A stretch of DNA of 64,000 bases, taken from assembly GCA_963780185.1 (NCBI GenBank), contig CAWABA010000006.1, positions 224,001 through 288,000 on the forward strand. Reading direction: 5' to 3'. The notes under the pieces are model-generated. The model was not told the origin of the DNA, made no database searches, and worked only from the letters and a program-made list of their open reading frames with translations. Position numbers and translations under genes: made by a program. This stretch comes from Candidatus Bathyarchaeota archaeon. Lineage in GTDB: Archaea > Thermoproteota > Bathyarchaeia > Bathyarchaeales > Bathycorpusculaceae. Below are positions 29,583 through 39,592 of this stretch, piece by piece. Each line of letters begins with the position of its first letter. Position 1 is the first letter of the stretch.

Positions 29583-32500
29583 ATGTCACAACAGGAAGAA
29601 CTTATTCATAAGATAGTAGACGAAATCTCATTCGGCTTAATTTCACCGAAAGATCTACGAAAACAGTCAGTCGTCGAAATCCAAACTCCAGACACCTACG
29701 ATGAAGACGGCGCACCAATCACCGCTGGACTCATGGATGGCAGACTCGGCACCCTTGAGCCAAGGCAACGATGCAAAACCTGCGGCAACACAGCCATTCG
29801 ATGCCCGGGACATTTTGGACACATCGAACTTGCTGTCCCCATCGTACACATTGAATTTACAAAAATCATTTTTGACCTGCTGAAGTCAACCTGCCGCAGT
29901 TGCGGTCGCATACTTCTAACTGAAGACGCCGCCAAGAAAGCCCGACAACGCATCGAACGCCTCAACGAGCTCCTAGGAACGATCCCTGATGAAACTTACA
30001 AAGAAATCATGACTGAAATTAAAGCTAAACAGTGCCCGTATTGCGCGTCAGCTCAATTCAAAATCACTTTTGAGAAGCCGACAAAGTTTATTGAACAAAC
30101 TGAAGCCGGCTCCGAGCCTTTAACTCCAAGCATGATTAGGGAAAGGCTTGAACGCATTTCAGACGAAGACCTTGAAGTCTTAGGCTTCAACCCGAAAGTT
30201 GCCCGTCCAGAATGGATGGTTCTGCAGGTTCTGCCAGTACCGCCAGTCTATGTTCGTCCGTCAATCACGCTTGAATCAGGCATCCGCTCTGAAGACGACT
30301 TAACCCACAAACTCGTCGACATCATCCGCATCAACCAGCGCCTGAAAGAAAACATGGAAGCAGGTGCACCCACACTAATTATTCAGGACCTCTCGGAACT
30401 GCTCCAGTACCACGTTACCACCTACTTTAACAACGAAGCATCAGGTATCCCGCCAGCAAGGCACCGCAGCGGTAGAGCACTGAAAACTCTCTCGCAAAGG
30501 CTCAAAGGCAAGGAAGGACGTTTCAGAAGCAACCTTTCAGGCAAACGAGTTGACTTTTCCGCCCGTACAGTAATTTCTCCAGACCCTAACCTTGACATTA
30601 ACGAGGTAGGTGTACCTGTTGACGTTGCCATGCGGCTTTCTGTTCCCGAAAAAGTCACAGCTTGGAACATCGAGGAAATGAAGAAGCTTGTTATTAACGG
30701 TCCAGAAACCTATCCTGGCGCATTGTACATCATCAGGCCAGACGGCAAACGTATCCGACTTGAATTCGTTGTTGACCGAACCAAAATCGCTGAAGCCGTA
30801 GAACTTGGCTTCGTCGTTGAACGGCACCTAAAGAACGGCGACATCGCAATCTTCAATCGGCAACCTTCGCTTCACCGAATGTCAATCATGGCTCATTACG
30901 TTCGAGTTTTGCCATACAAGACTTTCAGGCTACACCTATGCGTCTGCCCACCTTACAACGCAGACTTTGACGGCGACGAAATGAACCTTCACGTTCCACA
31001 AAGCGAAGAAGCCCGAACCGAAGCGCTTCTTTTGATGCAGGTTCAAGACCAAATCCTTTCACCAAGATTCGGCGGACCCATCATCGGCGCCATCAGAGAC
31101 TTCATCACCAGCGCATACTACTTCACAAGAAAAGGCAACTACATCGAAAGGGCACAACTTGATAGGCTGCTTACATCAACAGGCTACACGGGAGAGATTC
31201 CTGAACCAGAAATCAAGGAACCCGTACCCATGTGGTCAGGCAAACAAGTCTTCAGCCTTTATCTGCCTAGAACGTTGAATTACGTTTTGAAAGCCAACAT
31301 CTGCCAAGGCTGCACCAAATGCGAAGAGGAAGAATGCAAGCATGACGCTTATGTTGTGGTCAGAAATGGGCAGTTGGTTTCAGGAGTCATCGACCGACGC
31401 TCAATCGGCTCCGAGCAGTCAGAAAGTTTGCTTCACAGGATAATCAAAGATTATGGCACACAAGCAGGAAGACAATTCCTCAACAACATAACCCACCTGC
31501 TAAAACTATACATTTCAATGCGAGGATTCAGCTATACGTACGAGCAACTGGTTCTTTCTCCAAGAGCTCGCAGTCGCATGGCAAAGACAATGGAGCGCAT
31601 TCAAAAGAAAATCGACGAACACATCGAAAACTTCCAAAACGGCACTCTCCCGCGGTTGCCAGGTCAAACCTTGGAGGAATCATTTGAAATTTACGTTATG
31701 CATGAGCTTGCCGTAGCCAGAGACGAATCAGGCAAAATAGCAGACGAAGACTTCACACTGGAAAATGCCGGCATCGTCATGACACGAACAGGCGCAAGAG
31801 GCTCAAGCCTAAACATCGGTCAGATGGCTGCTTGCGTTGGGCAACAGTCAGTCCGAGGCAAACGCATCTTAAGAGGCTACTCACAACGGGCATTGCCGCA
31901 CTTTAAAGAAAACGATCCTCTTCCAAGAGCAAGAGGCTTCGTCTACAATTCATACCAGTCAGGTTTGGATGCTATCGAATTCTTCTTCCACGCTATGGGC
32001 GGCAGAGAAGGGCTAGTCGACACAGCCGTCCGCACACAACAAAGTGGTTACATGCAGCGTAGGCTAATTAACGCACTTGAACACATACGCCTCGAATACG
32101 ACAGCACAGTCCGTGACTCCGCAGGTGACATCATCCAATTCCGATACGGAGAAGACGGTGTTGACCCAGCAAAAAGCGACCACGGAAAAGCAGTAAACGT
32201 CACCCGCCTCATCGACCAAATAAAAATCGGCCAAGAAAAAGGCGAAGCTGCATCTGCTGAAGAAATCAAGAAACAACTCAAAAAAGTCGAGTTACAGCTA
32301 ACTCCGATTCTATTGACTCAGCTTAAACAGAACTTCGCAAAGGGCAAGCTCACCGCGAAAAGCGTAGAAAAAGCCACCTCAGTCACTGCTGACCAATACA
32401 AACGTGCCCTAATGGAGCCAGGTGAAGCAGTAGGAATTGTCGCTGCACAATCAATCGGCGAACCAGGCACACAGATGACTCTCAGAACATTCCACTACGC

Positions 32501-33419
32501 AGGTGTCAAAGAACAAAACGTAACTTTAGGCTTACCCCGACTTATCGAAATCGTGGACGCCCGCAGAATTCCCTCAACCCCAATCATGACCATCTTCTTG
32601 ATGCCTGAACATGCAAAAAGCAAAGAAGGCGCCGTTGAAATCGCAAGAAACATAATCTACACTTCCGTCGAAAACTTGGCATCCGCAATTTACGAGGACC
32701 CTGTGCGCGAAGAAATCATTATTGAACTAAACAAATCAATGATGGATGACAGAGGCATAACCATGGAGTTGCTGGAAGAAAGGCTGCAATTGCAGAACGC
32801 AACCGTCACAGTGGCAGACACTACAGTGGAGATTAAGCCGAAGAAAGCTGAGCAGCTGAAACGTATGCTCGGCAAGATTCCAGGCTTCCAAGTCAAAGGT
32901 GTACCTGACATTAAACGCGTACTCGTCACTGAAGAAAGCGGCGAATGGGTAATACGTACTGATGGCTCGAACCTGTCAAAAGTCTTAGAAGTCGAAGGCG
33001 TAGACACATCCAGAACAACAACCAACAACATCCACGAAATAGCTAAAACCTTAGGAGTGGAAGCCTCAAGAAACGCACTTGTCCACGAAGCCAAAGGAGT
33101 CTTGGAGGACCAGGGCTTAGACGTAGACGTACGACACGTAATGCTCGTAGCAGACATGATGACCACCACAGGCGATGTGCAACAAATCGGAAGACACGGC
33201 ATCAGCGGAAAGAAAGCAAGCGTTTTGGCGCGCGCCGCATTCGAAATCACAGTGCCAAACATTATTGAAGCAGCCGTCAAAGGTGAAAGTGACCCCTTGG
33301 CAGGAGTAACCGAAAACGTTATAGTAGGGCAGTCAATACCAATCGGGACTGGCTTAGTTGAATTGTACATGTCAACGTTCGAAAAGCAAGTAAAAGAGGG
33401 AGGAAAGACAGAAGCATGA
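29583..33419 (+). CDS. rpoA1: DNA-directed RNA polymerase largest subunit, A'+A'' fused (Rpo1)
   Basis: CPGHFGH, NADFDGD, then SIGEPGTQMT and TLGLPRL of A'' in the same frame; ATG at 29583. Confidence 0.97.
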   Translation: MSQQEELIHKIVDEISFGLISPKDLRKQSVVEIQTPDTYDEDGAPITAGLMDGRLGTLEPRQRCKTCGNTAIRCPGHFGHIELAVPIVHIEFTKIIFDLLKSTCRSCGRILLTEDAAKKARQRIERLNELLGTIPDETYKEIMTEIKAKQCPYCASAQFKITFEKPTKFIEQTEAGSEPLTPSMIRERLERISDEDLEVLGFNPKVARPEWMVLQVLPVPPVYVRPSITLESGIRSEDDLTHKLVDIIRINQRLKENMEAGAPTLIIQDLSELLQYHVTTYFNNEASGIPPARHRSGRALKTLSQRLKGKEGRFRSNLSGKRVDFSARTVISPDPNLDINEVGVPVDVAMRLSVPEKVTAWNIEEMKKLVINGPETYPGALYIIRPDGKRIRLEFVVDRTKIAEAVELGFVVERHLKNGDIAIFNRQPSLHRMSIMAHYVRVLPYKTFRLHLCVCPPYNADFDGDEMNLHVPQSEEARTEALLLMQVQDQILSPRFGGPIIGAIRDFITSAYYFTRKGNYIERAQLDRLLTSTGYTGEIPEPEIKEPVPMWSGKQVFSLYLPRTLNYVLKANICQGCTKCEEEECKHDAYVVVRNGQLVSGVIDRRSIGSEQSESLLHRIIKDYGTQAGRQFLNNITHLLKLYISMRGFSYTYEQLVLSPRARSRMAKTMERIQKKIDEHIENFQNGTLPRLPGQTLEESFEIYVMHELAVARDESGKIADEDFTLENAGIVMTRTGARGSSLNIGQMAACVGQQSVRGKRILRGYSQRALPHFKENDPLPRARGFVYNSYQSGLDAIEFFFHAMGGREGLVDTAVRTQQSGYMQRRLINALEHIRLEYDSTVRDSAGDIIQFRYGEDGVDPAKSDHGKAVNVTRLIDQIKIGQEKGEAASAEEIKKQLKKVELQLTPILLTQLKQNFAKGKLTAKSVEKATSVTADQYKRALMEPGEAVGIVAAQSIGEPGTQMTLRTFHYAGVKEQNVTLGLPRLIEIVDARRIPSTPIMTIFLMPEHAKSKEGAVEIARNIIYTSVENLASAIYEDPVREEIIIELNKSMMDDRGITMELLEERLQLQNATVTVADTTVEIKPKKAEQLKRMLGKIPGFQVKGVPDIKRVLVTEESGEWVIRTDGSNLSKVLEVEGVDTSRTTTNNIHEIAKTLGVEASRNALVHEAKGVLEDQGLDVDVRHVMLVADMMTTTGDVQQIGRHGISGKKASVLARAAFEITVPNIIEAAVKGESDPLAGVTENVIVGQSIPIGTGLVELYMSTFEKQVKEGGKTEA

Positions 33420-33730
33420 TAGATATAGATAAGGCGTTAGCGTCAGCGGTTAAAACAGGCAAAGTATCCTACGGATCTAACACTGCGTTACAAAACGCTA
33501 AAACAGGAAAGGCTAAGCTGATTGTTTTAGCCTCTAACTGTCCCAAAAACACAAAAGAACAAATAGAATACTATGGAGAAATCTCTAAAGTTCCCGTAAT
33601 AACTTACAAAGGTGGCTCAATGGATCTCGCTGAAGTATGCAAAAAACTTTTCATTATTTCAGCCTTAAGCATCCGCGAAACCGGGGACTCTGACATACTC
33701 AAAATAACAGAAGAACAACCTGTAGAATAA
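33416..33730 (+). CDS. rpl30e: 50S ribosomal protein L30e
   Basis: KTGKV..G, KAKLIVLASNCP, TGDSDIL; operon position. Confidence 0.95.
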   Translation: MIDIDKALASAVKTGKVSYGSNTALQNAKTGKAKLIVLASNCPKNTKEQIEYYGEISKVPVITYKGGSMDLAEVCKKLFIISALSIRETGDSDILKITEEQPVE

Positions 33731-33747
33731 AAAATGGAGGAGAAAAA

Positions 33748-34185
33748 CTGACAACTGGCATAAAAATCACGTGCGACGAAATGCGTTACATAGCTCTGTT
33801 TGAAAGCATAAGCGGCGCAAGCGTGAAGGACTGCATAATCGACGAAATAGAGCAACGAGCAATCTTCATCGTAAACGCAGGTCAAGTGGGCGTCGCAATA
33901 GGCAAAGGCGGCAGAAACATCCACACTCTCGAACGGATGACTGGCAAAAAACACGAAATCATTGAGTACAGCGAGGACCCAGTTCAATTCATGAAAAACG
34001 CTTTGAAACCCGCGGCAGTAAGAGAAGTGCGCGTCACTGAAAGAACTGACGGCAAAAAAATGGCAGTCATCACCGTTAACCCAAAAGACAAGGGCGTCGC
34101 AATAGGCAAAAACGGCAAAAACGCTGAACGTCTGCGCTTTTTAGCAAAACGGTACTTCGACATTCAAAACGTAAGCATCACCTAA
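33748..34185 (+). CDS. nusA: Archaeal NusA (two KH domains)
   Basis: GVAIGKGGRN and GVAIGKNGKN; conserved N-terminus GIKITCDEMRYI extends to CTG 33748, 7 nt after GGAGG. Confidence 0.92.
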   Translation: MTTGIKITCDEMRYIALFESISGASVKDCIIDEIEQRAIFIVNAGQVGVAIGKGGRNIHTLERMTGKKHEIIEYSEDPVQFMKNALKPAAVREVRVTERTDGKKMAVITVNPKDKGVAIGKNGKNAERLRFLAKRYFDIQNVSIT

Positions 34186-34351
34186 ACAGCCTGAAATGGG
34201 CTATTAGGCGACATAACGTCGTTGATTCATCGTACAGGCAAATCTGAATGGATATCCTCGCGCAAGATTTTGGAAAACTGCCAAATAAAGATAAGAAAAG
34301 TGCCTACGCGCAGGCGGTCTTTTCAAGAGCCCTCTGAAAAGCATGGTTGAT

Positions 34352-34399
34352 TTTTAGTCAAGAAACCTTAACTAAAATTAGTCAACGAATTTTGACGAT
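34352..34399. promoter_or_regulatory. Tandem TTAGTCAA-N6-TTRACKA inverted repeats upstream of TATA box
   Basis: TTAGTCAA gaaacc TTAACTAA aa TTAGTCAA cgaatt TTGACGAT, then TTTTATT at ~34405. Confidence 0.55.
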
Positions 34400-34433
34400 A
34401 ATTCTTTTATTCTGAAGCAAACTTCGGTAGCTA

Positions 34434-36521
34434 TTGGTGAAAACGGGAATGAAGCATAGAAGTAGCATCGTCGCTTTCGTCATCTTTGTTTTAATGGTAT
34501 CTAACGTCGCAACTTTGGGCGTTTCATTTCAAACGGCCAACGCCAATAGCCAAAACACAACTACCGTGAAATTACTTAATTTCGGCGGCGGCCTAGCATC
34601 GCTTACTACTGAAACAACTCATACCAGCCTTTACGCCGCAAAACTTGTAATTCCATCTCCCGCGCCGGAAGGCTCTGGCTGTATGGTGCTGTACCCCTAC
34701 AACAAAACGTTAAACTCGTTGCAGTCATTTCAAGTCTTCACCTCTTATAGTGACGCAGTGCCAAGATTTGTTTTGCTGCTTGACACAAACGCCGATGGCT
34801 TAACAGACGTTGTTCTGCTCAGCGACTATCAATTCACCAGTGACGGCAGCTGGCAAGCCACACAAGGTGGACAACGATGGGGGTGGACAGTAGCAAACTC
34901 TGACTTAACCACCTGCGGAACCGTTTGGAACAGTTCCAGCCAATGGAAAAATATCTACGGAAACGCAACCGTTCTCTCTGTCGGAGTGGCGCTGGAATAC
35001 TGGGCTGTCAGAGACTCAAACGGCCTTGACCAGCCATTGTTCGCAGACGAATTAACACTAAACGGCATAACATACAACATCGCCAACCAAACGGGAAGTC
35101 AACAGCCAAACCAGCCAGCCCCAGACAACTGGTCAATGTATCGGCATGACCTTCAACGCTCAGGTCTCTCATCTTCAGTAGCCCCCAACGGCAGCCTATC
35201 CTGGCAATTCTTCACAGGTCCCTCCAACAGTTCCGCCCTTGCCCTTGCCGACCGCTTAAGAGCCTCTCCTACCGTAGTTGACGGCGTCGTATACTTTGGT
35301 TCAAACAGCAGCTATTTCTACGCTTTAAATGCGACAAACGGTTGCACCATTTGGCAAGTTGATGTCGGCGCCAATGTGGAGTCTTCGGCTGCAGTTGTTG
35401 ACAACATGGTTTACGTCGGAATCTTGTGGGATGGACACAATGGCTACGTGGACGCGTTGAATGCTAAGACTGGCGCATTAATTTGGCGGTTTGCAACAAA
35501 CAGCGGGATCGAGTCATCTCCAGCAGTCAGCGCCGGCGTTGTTTACATCGGTGCATACAGCGGATACGTCTACGCGTTAAATGCCACAAACGGCGCGTTA
35601 ATATGGTCGTACCTTACAGGCGGCTCAACGTTTTCCTCTCCCGCCATCGTTGGTAGTATCGTTTACATTGGCTCAAACGACGGCAAAATATATGCTTTAA
35701 ACGCCAATAGCGGAGCACTAATATGGTTATTCCAAACGGGCGACCCAATCTATTCCTCTCCCGCAGTTGCCAATAACGCTGTATATCTTAACACTGACAA
35801 CGGCACGGTTTATGGTTTGAGAGCAAATGACGGCGCCAAAATTTGGCAAGCAAGCGTAGGCTTAGGCGATCACGCTGATGATTCACCTGCTGTAGCCAAC
35901 GGCATTGTTTACGTTGGTGCACGCAACGGCTATTACGCCTTTAATGCATCTAATGGCTCGCAAATTTGGTCCTTTACCTCACCATACTCACAGCGTCAGC
36001 TCACAGGATATGTCTATTCCTCTCCCGCTGTAGCCGGCGGCGTCGTTTACTTTGGGTCATGGGACAGCTATTTATTCGCTTTGAATGCTTTCAACGGCTC
36101 TCTAATCTGGTCATATCATACGGGAGGCTTCCTGTTTTCGTCACCCGCAATCGTTAACGGCATAGTCTACATAGGCTCATACGACGGCTATCTTTACGCT
36201 TTAGGCGGTGCCCACTCTTCAACACCTACCCCAACCGCAACCCCTCAACCTACCCCAACTTCCTCCCCAGCGAGGTCCCCTTCACCTACCACAGCCCCAA
36301 CCAACGTTACCTCTTCACAGTCAACTACAACGATGTCATTACCAGTGTCTACTCCGATGCCAAGCCAAATGCCAGCTTCCACAAGTCAACCAAGAATAGC
36401 CGTCGCTGCGGAGCCAAACGAAAACATAAACTGGATTATACTAGGCGCCACCGTCATCATGCTGGCAGCAATCCTCTTCGCGCTTGTGTTCGTTTTCACA
36501 AGGAAGCCTCTGGAATCATAA
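34434..36521 (+). CDS. PQQ-like beta-propeller repeat surface protein with extra N-terminal domain
   Basis: WSMYRHD, repeated SSPAV..G.VY.G...YALNA..G.LIW, Pro/Thr linker, TM tail. Confidence 0.85.
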   Translation: MVKTGMKHRSSIVAFVIFVLMVSNVATLGVSFQTANANSQNTTTVKLLNFGGGLASLTTETTHTSLYAAKLVIPSPAPEGSGCMVLYPYNKTLNSLQSFQVFTSYSDAVPRFVLLLDTNADGLTDVVLLSDYQFTSDGSWQATQGGQRWGWTVANSDLTTCGTVWNSSSQWKNIYGNATVLSVGVALEYWAVRDSNGLDQPLFADELTLNGITYNIANQTGSQQPNQPAPDNWSMYRHDLQRSGLSSSVAPNGSLSWQFFTGPSNSSALALADRLRASPTVVDGVVYFGSNSSYFYALNATNGCTIWQVDVGANVESSAAVVDNMVYVGILWDGHNGYVDALNAKTGALIWRFATNSGIESSPAVSAGVVYIGAYSGYVYALNATNGALIWSYLTGGSTFSSPAIVGSIVYIGSNDGKIYALNANSGALIWLFQTGDPIYSSPAVANNAVYLNTDNGTVYGLRANDGAKIWQASVGLGDHADDSPAVANGIVYVGARNGYYAFNASNGSQIWSFTSPYSQRQLTGYVYSSPAVAGGVVYFGSWDSYLFALNAFNGSLIWSYHTGGFLFSSPAIVNGIVYIGSYDGYLYALGGAHSSTPTPTATPQPTPTSSPARSPSPTTAPTNVTSSQSTTTMSLPVSTPMPSQMPASTSQPRIAVAAEPNENINWIILGATVIMLAAILFALVFVFTRKPLES

Positions 36522-36728
36522 ATTCAACACCGACCCATTTCACCAAAACAAAACATCCAAAAAGAGAGGTGAAAAACAACCGACCGCAAAGCAATAACTA
36601 AAAATGAACATTTTTCAATTCCTCATTTTTTAAAAAACGAAATTTCGTTACTGTAACCAAACATGTGCACATTAGAAAACGGGCTGTCAATGGTGATTCG
36701 AATGAAGACATAATCTTCTCAAAAATGG

Positions 36729-37085
36729 TCAGTTCTTTGAAACATCTGGGTTAGTAGTAGTTGATCCCGTTTTTTCGTCTAGCAGTTCTTTTATTATGTT
36801 GCGGTATGTTTGAAGGTAATCTTTTCCTTCTTTGGTTAAAACGTAGACTTTGCGGGCTCGTCCGCTTTTTTGTTGTTTTTTGCTCTCCAGGAAGCCTCTT
36901 GCCTCTAGAGCTTTTAGCGTCGGGTAGAGGGCGCCGTGTCTTAGTTTTATGTCGAATTGTTCTTCTACTTGCTTTTTTATTTGGTATCCCCATGTTGGTT
37001 GGGCTTGAACTATGCGGAGAAGTTGGATGTCTAGTTGGTTTCTGATTATGTGTTGTACAATTTCTTTTTTGTAGGTTTCTGACAT
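36729..37085 (-). CDS. PadR family transcriptional regulator
   Basis: WGYQI, GALYPTLKALE, RARKVYVLTKEG. Confidence 0.9.
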   Translation of the reverse strand: MSETYKKEIVQHIIRNQLDIQLLRIVQAQPTWGYQIKKQVEEQFDIKLRHGALYPTLKALEARGFLESKKQQKSGRARKVYVLTKEGKDYLQTYRNIIKELLDEKTGSTTTNPDVSKN

Positions 37086-37245
37086 GGGTTTGTACCTTGT
37101 TATGGGCTTAAGTGTTGTTTGATGTGTGGGTTTATTTGTTTTATGTAGATTTTGTCGGTGTTTTTTATTGCCTTGCTATGTTTTTGTATGCTTGTAGTAT
37201 GTATGAAGATTTATATTAGCGTTTATTAATATTAGCTACATCACT

Positions 37246-37267
37246 ATATGTCTGAAATAGGACATAT
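37246..37267. promoter_or_regulatory. Putative PadR operator
   Basis: ATATGTC-N8-GACATAT perfect inverted repeat between two divergent padR genes, downstream of a TATA-like tract. Confidence 0.6.
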
Positions 37268-37320
37268 TGTATCCATGAAGAACAGCCGAACTGTTCAACA
37301 CAAAAACAGGTCGAAAAAAA

Positions 37321-37725
37321 ATGTTACGAACCTTAACCGCGCAAAAAGAGGTTTCAACCAAACTGATGAAAGGCCTATTGGACCTTATCATACTGCAGTT
37401 CCTCAGCATTCAGCCGATGCATGGATATCAGGTAATAACAAAGATCCGCAAAAGCTTCGGCGTGTATTTCGGTCCAAGCACTGTTTATCCGTTGCTGAAT
37501 ACTCTTGAGAAGAAGGGTTTTGTGAAGAGTGAGTGGAACATGAGTTTTGAGAGACCGCGGAAAATTTATAGTCTCACTAATAACGGGCAGAACATGCTTG
37601 ATTTCACTGAGGAGTCGTTGAATTTGATATGTCGGAAGCTTTCGCCCCAGCAAGGTGTGGAGCAGACGACTTCGCCTTCTTTGGCTATTATGGCGAAGAT
37701 GCCGGCTCGTAAACAGACCGTTTAG
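37321..37725 (+). CDS. PadR family transcriptional regulator
   Basis: KGLLDLIIL, MHGYQV, STVYPLL, RPRKIYSLT. Confidence 0.9.
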   Translation: MLRTLTAQKEVSTKLMKGLLDLIILQFLSIQPMHGYQVITKIRKSFGVYFGPSTVYPLLNTLEKKGFVKSEWNMSFERPRKIYSLTNNGQNMLDFTEESLNLICRKLSPQQGVEQTTSPSLAIMAKMPARKQTV

Positions 37726-37890
37726 CCGTGTGGTGTGGGGGCGGGTTTGCGGTTTGGGTTAGTTTGCTTTGTTGTTCAGGTTGGGCGGTTTGTGTCGTTT
37801 TGTGTGCAAATGCGTTTTAAATATCTGTGCGGTTTATTCTATATTGGACGAATCAGTTGAAACAGATTAGCGGCGTAGAAAACTAAGGAT

Positions 37891-39578
37891 TTGAATGATC
37901 AACTGCTGGATTTTTGTAGACGTATCGCTGGGTCAGCAGCCATCACCGCTATTGCCCAGGTTGACAGGTACTCAGCGTCGGCCAGCAACGAGCGAGCTGT
38001 GATTGAGATCGTGGTTGTGATTCGGGATTTTCAGCCCAGAGTCATGAGTTACATAAGGACAATAAATGAAAGACCCGTTTTTGTTTGGGCTGTTGACCAA
38101 TGGATTTTTGAGCGGGACATCGAGAGAGGCTTTTTAGGCGAGGCGATTGCAAGCAAACTTGTTTTTCCCTACTTGGGGTTATCAGCGACGAATACCTGCA
38201 TACGGAGGAAGTTGCCCTCAAGAAACGTTTGATTCTTGAGTTGCTGGAGAATTTAGTCATCAGTTTTCCCGAGCTTGCAGTCGAATGCAGATTAAGCCGC
38301 AGTATTTCCTCTATGAGGTGCTTCTGAGTCGAATCCGCATTTTTCCGTTGCTTGCCTACGACGCTTCAAACGTTATCGCGGGGGTCACAGTTAACGAGGC
38401 GCGGTCTCTTGACAGCTACAACGAAGCGTTACGCCTGCTTGAGGCTGAAGGAAAAATCTACTTCTTCAACGGCTACGTCAAAATCTCAAAGAAGCTTATT
38501 GCCCAGTGCCAGAACCCACGGGTCAGGATTTTCAATTTGACGCGGAACGCGCCGCGAACGCTTTTTACGTCTTTTTTCAGTTTTTTCCCCCAGCTAATGA
38601 GCATCGTTTCGCAGAACACTGAGATTTTCCTTCGGACACAGAAAATTAATTGGCCAAAACTTCCCGATCCCGCTTACCTGTTTTTGGATCCTCAAAAATA
38701 TGTTTTCTTCCAAACTTCAGAGGGTTTGATTTCGCTCTCAGACAAGATTGACATCAAAGGTTTTGCGCAGAAGATGCTGCTGGACGGTAAAAGCGAAGAC
38801 GTTACTGTGGAGCCGCTCGGCGGAATGCTTAACGACGTCTACTTGATCCATGCCTAAAGGGAAAGGAGGCGAAACAAAGGCGCTTGCGAAACGCTATAAG
38901 GATCTGTCAGGGTTCAAGTGGTTTCCGTTAACGGTGTGGTCGTTTGGGGTGCGGTCGCTTTCTGTTTCAGCTCAGGCAAGGCTTGCAAAGGAATGTGCGA
39001 TGAACGAGTTGCTTAGAAGTGAAGGGTTCAATGTGCCGAAGATTTTTCATGTAAGCAACGCGCAGCGGTTGGTTTTTATGGAGTTTATCGAAGGCGAAGG
39101 GCTTAACCAAACCATCAAGAAAGTAGCTACCGCCAAGAAGGGCGAGGACGTTGAGCCTGAACTCGCCAGGATAAGCCAGGCAGGGGAAATTCTTGCCCAA
39201 GTTCATTCACGCGGCATCACTTTGGGCGACACAAAGCCTGAAAACATGCTTGTCAAGCCCGACGACAGCATTTACCTGATAGATTTTGAACAAGCCTCCC
39301 AAGTAGCTCAGAAAGGCGACAAGCCATGGGATTTAGCTGTCTTCCTCTATTACTCGGGACATTACATGCAGCCTCTAAACGGCGGCAACATCAAAGCTGA
39401 AGCGTTTACCCGAGCCTTCATCAAAGGATACTTGAAGGGCGGCGGAGACGTCAGTGACGTTCAAGCCGCTGGAGCTTCCAAGTACACGAGGGTTTTCGGC
39501 ATCTTCACAATGTGGTCCATCATCACGGCTATTGCAAACGTCTGTAAAAAGACGGAATCCCCCGTCGAAGCCGCTTAA
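37891..39578 (+). pseudogene. Nucleotidyltransferase-like plus Bud32/RIO/Kdo-type kinase fusion, three frameshifts (~38185, ~38279, ~38855) as assembled
   Basis: Segments join with single-base corrections; kinase motifs FMEFIEG, LGDTKPENML, LIDFEQA. Confidence 0.7.
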
Positions 39579-39592
39579 CTCGGCTAATCCCC

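Noticed and set aside
32690-33370. 226-aa antisense ORF, and similar shadow ORFs in cca, rpoB, cheBR and lig
   Set aside because: Lie opposite conserved genes, no motifs; codon-bias shadows
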